Origin: Rickettsiales bacterium
GTDB lineage: Bacteria; Pseudomonadota; Alphaproteobacteria; Rickettsiales; JABCZZ01
Direction of reading: 5' to 3'
NCBI GenBank assembly: GCA_035765535.1
Contig: DASTXE010000001.1
Coordinates: forward strand, 224,322-288,321
DNA: 64,000 nt
Made by a program: the position numbers and the translations under genes
Shown: positions 12,263 through 19,905 of the stretch, piece by piece
Layout: every line of letters starts with the position of its first letter
Numbering within the stretch: position 1 is the first letter of the stretch
The notes under the pieces: generated by a model
Told to the model about the DNA's origin: nothing
What the model saw: the letters and a program-made list of their open reading frames with translations, nothing else
The model's database searches: none

Positions 12263-12468
12263 TCAGGGGTCTCCTTATACTGCACTCGCAACGCTTGCCA
12301 AGAAGGGTTATACCGGGAACGCAAGTATTCCGCAAGGTCGTCATCAATGAAGACCCAGCATTTGCCAGCCTTCGCACCGGGAATAACGCCTAACTTAGCT
12401 TTGCGCCGCACTTCTTCCGGGTGCATCTTGAGGAAGGTTGCAGCTTCTTTGAGGTTAAGCGTTATCAT
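12139..12468 (-). CDS. excisionase/AlpA-like helix-turn-helix DNA-binding protein
   Basis: N-terminus MITLNLKEAATFLKMHPEEVRRKAKLGVIPGAKAGKCWVFIDDDLAEYL fits the excisionase-family HTH pattern. The start at 12468 is coupled (TAATG) to the upstream ORF's stop. The 3' end overlaps int. Confidence 0.6.
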   Translation of the reverse strand: MITLNLKEAATFLKMHPEEVRRKAKLGVIPGAKAGKCWVFIDDDLAEYLRSRYNPSWQALRVQYKETPECHSLNAETRGGLVSPHQAASALDALLAQKTRKPLRNTTTS

Positions 12469-12698
12469 TAGTGATGCTCCGGATTGCATTGCCTGCAACG
12501 ACATTCATCTTGAGTCGTATCATGTGCTATACAAGGCTCAAACTTATGGCATGGATATAAGGCTTGCGTGCCAGCATTTATAAAATGAATTTGAAACAGT
12601 GTTTTATAATCGGTCGCATAACCAGCCTTCATGCATGTAAAGCAGGTACAAAGAACTTTTTTGCCTGAGGGAGTTGTATAAAAGGTGGTACTACTCAT
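12468..12698 (-). CDS. small Cys-rich protein (possible zinc-binding)
   Basis: 76 aa with clusters CTCFTC and CRCRQC. It overlaps the neighbouring genes at both ends, which suggests translational coupling. Confidence 0.45.
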   Translation of the reverse strand: MSSTTFYTTPSGKKVLCTCFTCMKAGYATDYKTLFQIHFINAGTQALYPCHKFEPCIAHDTTQDECRCRQCNPEHH

Positions 12699-13599
12699 GA
12701 CTACCCTCCACCGGAGAGAGTTTACGAGGAGAATTTAAAATCAGATGAAGGTAGATATCGTCATTGATCGTGGAAATATCAAAAGGCAAAACATCAAAAC
12801 TGCTTATTTCAGCCTGTTGTAATCGCAATGTAGATAAATCCAGCACAAATGGGCTACGGAAGGAATAACCAATGGTTTCATTATACCAGTAGCCAGCAAA
12901 GCGCTTTTTTACTCTATCACCAACCTCCGTTATTTTGCGAAGCCATGCATCCAATGACCAGTAATGTGCTATAGCCCTTGCATAAGATGAAATTCCAGAG
13001 AAACCATATGTTTTAGCACCCTTGGGATACTGACAATGTTTGCTTTCCCACTTACTGAGATATTTTGCCATGTAACTGGATGGATTTCTTACCCACTTCA
13101 CATTGCTAGAGCCATGCTTCCACCAACCTTGTTTATCAGGCATTGGCGGAGTGATACCGGAGGGTAGAAAGATAGCCAAATGGTAATGGGGTTTGCCCGA
13201 TCTCATAAGTTCCATTACCCAGACGACTTTTAACTTTATCCTACGGGTACGAGCCCAAGACCTATAACAGTCCTGAAGACGTTTTATGTCGTAAGGATGA
13301 TAAGCTGCATCCGGTCGATAAGTGAGAGTAACAAAGGCGCATTTACTTTTATCTTCCCCGCATTCAGAAGCGCACTGCAACAACACGTGAAAAACGATGC
13401 GCGAGATCTTACTAAGTCTTCGTCTTTGATTAAGTCCGTCTAAGACATTATCGGAGTATGATGTGGTAGAGGAGTGTGAGCTAGTTTTCATAAACTCTCT
13501 TTCCATAAGGTTTACCCAATCGCCGACCGGCGCATTGGTGAACCGCATTGAGAGAAATGATGAACAGCCCAAGCAGTTCCTATGTGGTAACTTTATCAC
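12691..13599 (-). CDS. HUH rolling-circle replication initiator (phiX174 gpA / P2 gpA-like)
   Basis: Motif I FVTLTY, motif II (HUH) PHYHLAIF, motif III with two tyrosines YMAKYLSK. The exact start is uncertain. Confidence 0.7.
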   Translation of the reverse strand: MIKLPHRNCLGCSSFLSMRFTNAPVGDWVNLMEREFMKTSSHSSTTSYSDNVLDGLNQRRRLSKISRIVFHVLLQCASECGEDKSKCAFVTLTYRPDAAYHPYDIKRLQDCYRSWARTRRIKLKVVWVMELMRSGKPHYHLAIFLPSGITPPMPDKQGWWKHGSSNVKWVRNPSSYMAKYLSKWESKHCQYPKGAKTYGFSGISSYARAIAHYWSLDAWLRKITEVGDRVKKRFAGYWYNETIGYSFRSPFVLDLSTLRLQQAEISSFDVLPFDISTINDDIYLHLILNSPRKLSPVEGSHE

Positions 13600-13652
13600 A
13601 CATAGGAGCGGTAATCAATCACGTTTGACGAGATTAAATCCCGCTTAATGAA

Positions 13653-13991
13653 TTATTTTAATTTTTCAACCTGATTAGTGCGTATGCCCGGAATATGGCC
13701 GCTTACTGCTTTCCAGAAATTTGAAGCTTTTTGAGCGAGCTTCCATGCAACTGATTTATCTGATAATTCCCCAACTTCAGGTAAAACATCCCGGAATTCT
13801 ATACCAAGTATCTTTTCATACTTTCTAAGGGTTTTCTTATCGTGCATGAGTAATAAAGGTTTCCAGCCAACATGACGGCCAAAGACTAAGGCGCCTATAG
13901 CAGTCTCCATCTCCGTGCATATCCCGGAGAAGTCTTTAGCAGCGGCATCAATGATTTTTAATAGCTCTTTATCATTCATGGGGGGCTCCAT
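13653..13991 (-). CDS. hypothetical protein, first gene of the element's leftward operon
   Basis: 112-aa ORF on the same strand as Rep/Xis/Int. No motif recognised. Confidence 0.45.
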   Translation of the reverse strand: MEPPMNDKELLKIIDAAAKDFSGICTEMETAIGALVFGRHVGWKPLLLMHDKKTLRKYEKILGIEFRDVLPEVGELSDKSVAWKLAQKASNFWKAVSGHIPGIRTNQVEKLK

Positions 13992-14227
13992 AAGCGAGTA
14001 CCAACACCGCTTATACTACGTTATCAAGAAGCAAAAAGCTATTAAATGATACTAGAGGACACAAACGAGCAATAACACGAGCTGATGTATTACTTGTTAC
14101 AATAAGAGACAAGCCCAGCACTTGCTAGCCGCCGTCCTCACTCCGTTGCGGGCGGGGCGCAAGAAAGTACTGGCAATTTACTGATTGATAATTAATATTT
14201 GATACCTAAATAACTAATTGTAATTTT

Positions 14228-16300
14228 ATGACTGAAGAAAGAAATCCTCAACAGCATATAATTAATATCCTTAAGAATACCAAGGAACACCACCCTAATT
14301 TTGCATTGTTTTTAGGGGCCGGAGCTAGTGTTACTAGTGGCATTCCATCAGCTAAAACTATGATTGAGGATTGGAGAAAACAATATCAGGATCGTACGCC
14401 ATCGACTGACATTAAGAGCAAACCGTGGTATGAAGATGAACAAGAATATTCAACGCTTTTTGAATTATTGTACGATCAGCCTAGCCAGCGTAGAGAATAT
14501 ATAGAAAAATGTGTTAATAACGCTACCCCTTCTTGGGGATATATCTACCTAGTTAATCTATTACAAAAAGTTTTTAACACTGTTTTTACGACTAATTTCG
14601 ATGATTTGCTAAACGAGGCTTGTTATCTGTATTCAAACTCAACTAGGCCAATTGTATGCGCGCATGATTCAAGTATTTACTCAGTTAGAATAACTACCAA
14701 ACGCCCCAAAATAATAAAGCTTCATGGAGATTTTTTATTTGATAACATTAAGAACACCTCTCGAGAACTAGAAACTCTTGAAGAGAATATACGAAATAAA
14801 TTTAAACAATATGCGTCAGAATTTGGCTTAATTGTTATAGGTTATGCAGGCCATGATAGATCGGTCATGGATACGTTGAATGCTCTCTTACGTACAGAAA
14901 CAAACTTTCCTCATGGTGTTTATTGGTGCGTTAGGAAAGGCAGCAAACTAAGTAAGAAAGTGGAAGATTTAAACAGGTTTCCTCAATTTCATATTGTTGA
15001 GATTGAAGGCTTCGACCAGTTTTTTGCTGAATTGCATTCACAATTAGACATGTCTTTGCAAAAAGAAATGTCGGATCCTTATAATGCACTTACAGAAAGA
15101 TTAAATAATTTAATAAATAGTGCCAATATACCTGTTGGCTTAGAAAATAATCCTAATAAAAAATCACCAACACATTCAATTATTGCTTCAGATATTGCTA
15201 AATTAGTTGAGCAAATAAAAAGCAGCTTTGTAGGCGATTCTAATAAATCTCGGGAAGTACCTGCCTCTTCAGTAGCCCAACAAGCTTCACCACCATACCA
15301 ATTAATGGCTCAGCAACAATGGCAAAAAGGTGAAGTTACTGAAGCTAAGAAGACAATTATCAAGCAACTTGAGACGCAACCAACTATAAGCGCTTTTAAT
15401 ACAGCTTTTGAGCTATTAAATATCGTTTGGGATGATGTTACAGGGCAGCATGTTATAAAAGTTCTTAAGGAACGGGAAGATATTATAGCAAGTAATCCAA
15501 ATTGCGTGCACAATTTTGCGGTCAGCTTAATTAATACACAACAGTTTTCATATGCTGAAGAGGTTTTAAATATAGGCTTTGAAGTCGATAGAAGAAATAA
15601 GCAATCCTTATTTAACAAGGAATATTTTTATCTTAATAAAGCACAAATTTGTTTATGGTCTCAAAAGCCTATCGATCCGTCATTAAAAGAAAATATTGAA
15701 ATATTACAAAATAGTGCAAAAAAAGATATACGGCTAGGAGCTTCAATAATTCTTGGCCAGTATGAGGAAGCAAAAAATATTCTTCTTGCTTACAGCAAAA
15801 ATGAATTTATGAGCAAAATCGTCTGGCCTATTCTTTTATTTATTCCTGAGGATATTCAGGCAGAGATACTGAAAAAACAAATTTACTTATGCGATAATCC
15901 TAATAATGCATTTTATTATGCTATTTATTATATAAAATTTAAGAGATTCAAATTAGCTGAAACAGTGCTAAAAATAGCCTACGATTGTAATCAAAAAGGG
16001 CTTACCAAAGTTCCTTTGGATAATAATTATTATCTTCTGAATAAAGCTCAGATAAAATTACATCAAAGTAAAAAGTTACCACCAGCAGAAGTAGCCAAGA
16101 TACAAGAATTGCTGACTTCACCGGAACCACTTGTGCGGATAGGAGCTCATATAGTCCTTGGGCAGACTGAGCAAGCTGAAAATCTATATAAAGAGGTTAA
16201 AAATGAGGCAATCAGACAATGGCCTATTTTCCAGCTCTTAAATAAGAATATGCAAGCCCCAGTACCTAAAAAACCAGAATTAATTAAGAGTAACAAGTAA
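14228..16300 (+). CDS. SIR2-family (SIR2_2-like) NAD-binding domain protein with duplicated helical C-terminal region
   Basis: Motifs GAGAS (aa 30-34), TTNFD (N123), KLHGD (H166) and IGYAGHD. The C-terminal ~330 aa are helical, with two paralogous ~115-aa modules. Confidence 0.8.
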   Translation: MTEERNPQQHIINILKNTKEHHPNFALFLGAGASVTSGIPSAKTMIEDWRKQYQDRTPSTDIKSKPWYEDEQEYSTLFELLYDQPSQRREYIEKCVNNATPSWGYIYLVNLLQKVFNTVFTTNFDDLLNEACYLYSNSTRPIVCAHDSSIYSVRITTKRPKIIKLHGDFLFDNIKNTSRELETLEENIRNKFKQYASEFGLIVIGYAGHDRSVMDTLNALLRTETNFPHGVYWCVRKGSKLSKKVEDLNRFPQFHIVEIEGFDQFFAELHSQLDMSLQKEMSDPYNALTERLNNLINSANIPVGLENNPNKKSPTHSIIASDIAKLVEQIKSSFVGDSNKSREVPASSVAQQASPPYQLMAQQQWQKGEVTEAKKTIIKQLETQPTISAFNTAFELLNIVWDDVTGQHVIKVLKEREDIIASNPNCVHNFAVSLINTQQFSYAEEVLNIGFEVDRRNKQSLFNKEYFYLNKAQICLWSQKPIDPSLKENIEILQNSAKKDIRLGASIILGQYEEAKNILLAYSKNEFMSKIVWPILLFIPEDIQAEILKKQIYLCDNPNNAFYYAIYYIKFKRFKLAETVLKIAYDCNQKGLTKVPLDNNYYLLNKAQIKLHQSKKLPPAEVAKIQELLTSPEPLVRIGAHIVLGQTEQAENLYKEVKNEAIRQWPIFQLLNKNMQAPVPKKPELIKSNK

Positions 16301-16346
16301 ATCAATATTAGGAATAATTGTTAATAGAATAATAAAAAGACTTAAT

Positions 16347-17060
16347 ATGGCAGTAAAACTACGAAATAGCATAATAAAAAGCATATATAACCATCTTGAG
16401 ATATCAGGCTTTTCCCTCCGAGACTTCAAAATAAATACAGATCACGGACAATATTTGGCACATATTGTATTTATTCCAAAGCCCGAGTATGAGTTTATTA
16501 TTACAGAAAAGGACTATGCAGCTAAAAGTATTGCTAGCATTGTGAGTCTTACTACGCAGCCAGAAGATTTAAAATTAACTACAGTTGAATCACCGGGAGA
16601 ATACAAAACAAGAGAAGTAACAAAACATAGTACTATTCATGAATGCATCAATAGAATCCGTGACTGGTGCCAAAATATAAAAGAAGATTTAGCGACTAGA
16701 ATTCCTCTTCAAAAAGAGCTAGACGAATTTGAAATTGAAATTGAGCAGCGAATTAATGATGCCGCTGGCAATAGTCAGGAGCATTTTTCTGAGTCAGAAG
16801 TTAATAATTTAAATAATAAATTAGATAATTTCTTGGCAAAATTTGAAGAGCTTGAGAAAGCCAAAACAATTACAGAAAAAGAACTAAAAGAAATAAAAGC
16901 AGAACTGGAAAGATTAAAACGCACACTGCCTATGTATCAAAAAGATATTTGGTACAAGACTGCAGGCCATTCTCTTTTAGATATGACAAAAAAAGTATTT
17001 AAAACAAAGGAAGGAAGAGAATTTCTTTTTGACGCAGCAAAAAAATTCTTTCTTGAATAG
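16347..17060 (+). CDS. hypothetical protein with C-terminal coiled coil, partner of the SIR2 gene
   Basis: 237-aa ORF lying 46 nt downstream on the same strand with the same AT-rich composition. Heptad-like segment KFEELEKAKTITEKELKEIKAELERLKRTL. Confidence 0.6.
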   Translation: MAVKLRNSIIKSIYNHLEISGFSLRDFKINTDHGQYLAHIVFIPKPEYEFIITEKDYAAKSIASIVSLTTQPEDLKLTTVESPGEYKTREVTKHSTIHECINRIRDWCQNIKEDLATRIPLQKELDEFEIEIEQRINDAAGNSQEHFSESEVNNLNNKLDNFLAKFEELEKAKTITEKELKEIKAELERLKRTLPMYQKDIWYKTAGHSLLDMTKKVFKTKEGREFLFDAAKKFFLE

Positions 17061-17186
17061 ACGTGCCAATCTTGTGTCATCGCATTATTAAAAATATAAT
17101 GTTTGATATGTATTTGAGATTGGAATGGCACACTGGCAAGCGTCACAAGTATATGAATAATAATAAATATAGGTTTTATTCTTCAA

Positions 17187-17242
17187 ACTTTTAATCAGGT
17201 TGTCGCGGGTTCGATTCCCGCCCAGATCACCACTTTCCTCAA
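17187..17242. repeat. attR: right copy of the direct repeat (partial tRNA-Lys 3' end)
   Basis: 55 of 56 bp identical to 11164-11219. It lacks the 5' half of the tRNA. Confidence 0.85.
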
Positions 17243-17281
17243 TCTCCATAGTTCAGCTTCCTTCATCTAGAAAGATTATCA

Positions 17282-18004
17282 ATGAATAATGATTCCATAA
17301 GTTATGAACAAATTTTAGTTGAAGTTGAGGATGTATTAAGAACAGCACCGGACAAAGCAACATTTCGCCATGAAACAAATGAAAATTACCAATGGTTAGG
17401 GCGGGCGGCTGCTGTAATCGAGGTATGGAATCCTAATAAGCTTGTACAACTGAGAACAATAATGGGATTATATCAGAGTCCTATGGGAGCTCCATCTATA
17501 CAAGGATTTCGAGAAATTATGGTGCTCTTGCATCAAGCAAGAAGTGATCTGCGTATGCGAACTACAGGTCCAACTAATGTAGCTATTGGACAAGGACAGG
17601 TGTTTGAATATTTTGACGAAATCCGGAAGAATATTGAATTAGCAACACAGGAAGTGTTTTTTATTGATCCGTATCTTGATGCCGATTTTGTTTCGCGCTA
17701 CCTCCCACTTATAAAAACTGGTGTTAATGTTAAGCTTCTTACTGCCAGAAACAAACTTACAACTCTGCTACCAGCGATCGATTTATTTATGCAGCAGCAT
17801 GGACATGCAATCGGTGTACGTTCAACGACAGGATTGCATGATAGATTTCTGTTCATCGATAAAGGTAGTTGTTATCTTTCGGGGGCTTCATTTAAGGATG
17901 GTGCGAAAAACGCTGGAACAATAATTACACAAATTACTGATGGGTTTACTTCTATGTGGAATACATATGATAAGCTTTGGAGCGCTGCAAATATAGAAAG
18001 GTAA
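17282..18004 (+). CDS. PLD-superfamily / MIT_C-like domain protein
   Basis: The C-terminal half carries FFIDPYL ... GLHDRFLFIDKGSCYLSGASFKDG. This resembles the DPY/HDR variant of the phospholipase D-like fold. The N-terminal ~115 aa are unassigned, and the gene is AT-rich. Confidence 0.45.
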   Translation: MNNDSISYEQILVEVEDVLRTAPDKATFRHETNENYQWLGRAAAVIEVWNPNKLVQLRTIMGLYQSPMGAPSIQGFREIMVLLHQARSDLRMRTTGPTNVAIGQGQVFEYFDEIRKNIELATQEVFFIDPYLDADFVSRYLPLIKTGVNVKLLTARNKLTTLLPAIDLFMQQHGHAIGVRSTTGLHDRFLFIDKGSCYLSGASFKDGAKNAGTIITQITDGFTSMWNTYDKLWSAANIER

Positions 18005-18158
18005 GACATCTCGTTTATTGGTGCCGCTAAAGTGTGGCTATGTCTCTACAAGAGAGACTTAATTGCCGTAAGCGATGGCGCTGGCAACCTTATGAATTTG
18101 CTTAGGTTGAATGCCACCGCTCGACAATCCCCCGATAACCTGCTATTATGCCTATATT

Positions 18159-18509
18159 ATGTTCAGCCTGCGCACATTGTTAGCAGCCATTTTGACCATA
18201 GCGATTGCCGTGGCTGGGGTGCCTGTGTATGCGGGTTCAAGCTGCGCCATGAAGTCCGGCGCGCATCAGATGATGAAGGACTGCCCGGATTGCGCCGATC
18301 ACGCAGATAGCAAAGGCGAGAACAAGGAATGCGGCAAGACGGATTGTGCCGTCAACTGCTCCTCTGCCGTCAGCCTGAGCGCCTCTCCCGCTATCGCTTC
18401 TGTCTTCCTGCCGGTGGTTTATACGGTGGCTGCCTTCCACCCAGCGGACGATATGGTGATTTCATTCTTCTCCCAGACCCAGGAACGCCCTCCCAAACAC
18501 CTTGCTTAA
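18159..18509 (+). CDS. secreted 6-Cys protein (DUF2946-like?)
   Basis: Start set at MFSLRTLLAAILTIAIAVAG (signal peptide). Six Cys are present (SSC, DCPDC, ECG, DCAVNC), followed by a hydrophobic segment and a C-terminal RPP. Confidence 0.45.
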   Translation: MFSLRTLLAAILTIAIAVAGVPVYAGSSCAMKSGAHQMMKDCPDCADHADSKGENKECGKTDCAVNCSSAVSLSASPAIASVFLPVVYTVAAFHPADDMVISFFSQTQERPPKHLA

Positions 18510-18568
18510 ATTTACCTGACTGTTCGGGCTCCGCCTGAGTAGCCGTAGTTCATTTTAAGCGAGGAGTT

Positions 18569-19237
18569 ATGTCTGTATTCCCAATACTGAAAGCCTTGCC
18601 CCCGGTAATCTTAGGGGCGTCATGCGCGGCGCTTGTGCTGGCCGGCAGCGTGTATGCCAAGCCGATTTCCTATGTGGGCGGCACCATGATCATGCAGGAA
18701 AACGACGAAACCGGCCATACCGTCTCTCTGGATTATACACTCGATCCGCATTACGCGGTCGGCTGGTATGATAAATGGGAGGAGCATGAGCGGGACGGCA
18801 GGGATTTCTCCGTGCACGGCCCGGAAGTGAATACGCTGATTCACCGCTGGAACCTGCCGGATGGGCAGGCTAACATCTTCAATTCCACAGGGGCAGGGCT
18901 CGCGGTGGGGGATGGCAAGACGCGCAACGCTGCCTGGACATCCTTCCTCGCGGATTATGAGACAAGGCGCGTTTTCAGTTCTTACGAAATACGCGGCATG
19001 TATGCGGATACGATCAGCGAGAGCCTCTGGCAGCGCGCGCGCATAGGCATCGCTCCTTATAAGGCTGGGTACGACGATGTTTCGACATGGTTCATGCTGC
19101 AGGTGGATGACCACCCGAGCAAAACCAATACCTGGGTCGTCACGCCGCTCGTGCGTTTCTTCTATAAGACCACTTTGGTCGAGGCCGGGTACAGCAGCAA
19201 TCATCACATCATGTTGAACTGGGACTTGCAGTTCTAA
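18569..19237 (+). CDS. putative outer-membrane beta-barrel protein
   Basis: Signal peptide, alternating aromatic/polar pattern, and a C-terminal ...NWDLQF with terminal Phe. Confidence 0.45.
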   Translation: MSVFPILKALPPVILGASCAALVLAGSVYAKPISYVGGTMIMQENDETGHTVSLDYTLDPHYAVGWYDKWEEHERDGRDFSVHGPEVNTLIHRWNLPDGQANIFNSTGAGLAVGDGKTRNAAWTSFLADYETRRVFSSYEIRGMYADTISESLWQRARIGIAPYKAGYDDVSTWFMLQVDDHPSKTNTWVVTPLVRFFYKTTLVEAGYSSNHHIMLNWDLQF

Positions 19238-19246
19238 GGAGGAATT

Positions 19247-19531
19247 ATGAAAAAACTTTTGATACTGACCATGATTATGGCAACGTTCTCACAGACTGCT
19301 TATGCTGGAACGATCACGGCCTCCGTCAACGGGCTGGTCTGCGCTTTCTGCGCGACCGGGATCGAAAAGACATTTCGCAAACAGCCCGCCGTCGACCGGA
19401 TCAAGGTCGATCTGGAAGATAAGCGCGTGACGATCGACACAAAAGCAGGGCAGGATCTGGACGATGCGACCATCACAAAGCTCCTGACCGACTCAGGCTA
19501 CAGCGTCACCGGCATTGTGAGGCAGCAATGA
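19247..19531 (+). CDS. periplasmic heavy-metal-associated (HMA) domain protein, MerP-like
   Basis: Signal peptide MKKLLILTMIMATFSQTAYA, then GLVCAFCATGIEK (the CxxC metal-binding loop). Confidence 0.75.
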   Translation: MKKLLILTMIMATFSQTAYAGTITASVNGLVCAFCATGIEKTFRKQPAVDRIKVDLEDKRVTIDTKAGQDLDDATITKLLTDSGYSVTGIVRQQ

Positions 19532-19905
19532 TGGGCAAAAAGAACGGAATCCTCTCCACGCTGACGCTGTTTGCCTCTTTCAGCACGCTGGTCTGCTGCG
19601 CATTGCCCGCGCTCTTTGTGGCGCTGGGAGCGGGCGCGACGCTGGTAAGCCTGCTGAACACTGTGCCGCAACTGATATGGCTCTCCGAACATAAGGTGAT
19701 GATCTTTATCTTCGCAGGCGCGATGCTGACGCTCTCCGCTATCGTCCGCTACCTGAACCGCAACGCCCCATGCCCCATAGACGAGCATCAGGCGCGGGCG
19801 TGCATGCAGTTGCGGCGGATAAGCGGCCTTATTCTCTATCTATCTATAATTGTATATGGAATCGGCTTCTTTTTCGCGTTTATTGCGCCTTACCTGCTGA
19901 AATAA
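19528..19905 (+). CDS. MerT-like metal transporter membrane protein
   Basis: 125 aa with three predicted TM segments. There is a vicinal CC in TM1 (LVCCALPALFVALG) and a second Cys pair in the loop (CPIDEHQARAC). ATGA overlap with the HMA gene. Confidence 0.6.
   Translation: MMGKKNGILSTLTLFASFSTLVCCALPALFVALGAGATLVSLLNTVPQLIWLSEHKVMIFIFAGAMLTLSAIVRYLNRNAPCPIDEHQARACMQLRRISGLILYLSIIVYGIGFFFAFIAPYLLK

Larger units (their letters stand above)
11164..17242. mobile_element. ~6.0 kb tRNA-Lys-integrated element (integrase, Xis-like, RCR Rep, SIR2 cargo)
   Basis: Direct repeats duplicate the tRNA 3' end. The tyrosine integrase abuts the tRNA. The interior is visibly more AT-rich than the flanks. 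Confidence 0.8.

Noticed and set aside
14111-14160. A GC-rich ~50-bp patch (AAGCCCAGCACTTGCTAGCCGCCGTCCTCACTCCGTTGCGGGCGGGGCGC) inside the AT-rich divergent intergenic region of the island. It could be an origin, nick site or small RNA.
   Set aside because: I could find only a 5-bp imperfect stem and no repeat or known motif, so there is not enough evidence for a call. It is worth including when searching for the Rep origin.
14185-14212. TTGATA-N16-TAAATA, a promoter-like match upstream of the SIR2 gene.
   Set aside because: The surrounding DNA is so AT-rich that such matches are expected by chance, and there is no independent support.
18104-18140. A possible degenerate third copy of the tRNA-Lys att repeat (AGGTTG...TCGA..TCCC.CC.GAT.ACC). 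It would bracket the PLD-like gene as a second island.
   Set aside because: Only about half the positions match, and gaps are needed. That is too weak to call by eye and needs a scored alignment against the 56-bp repeat.
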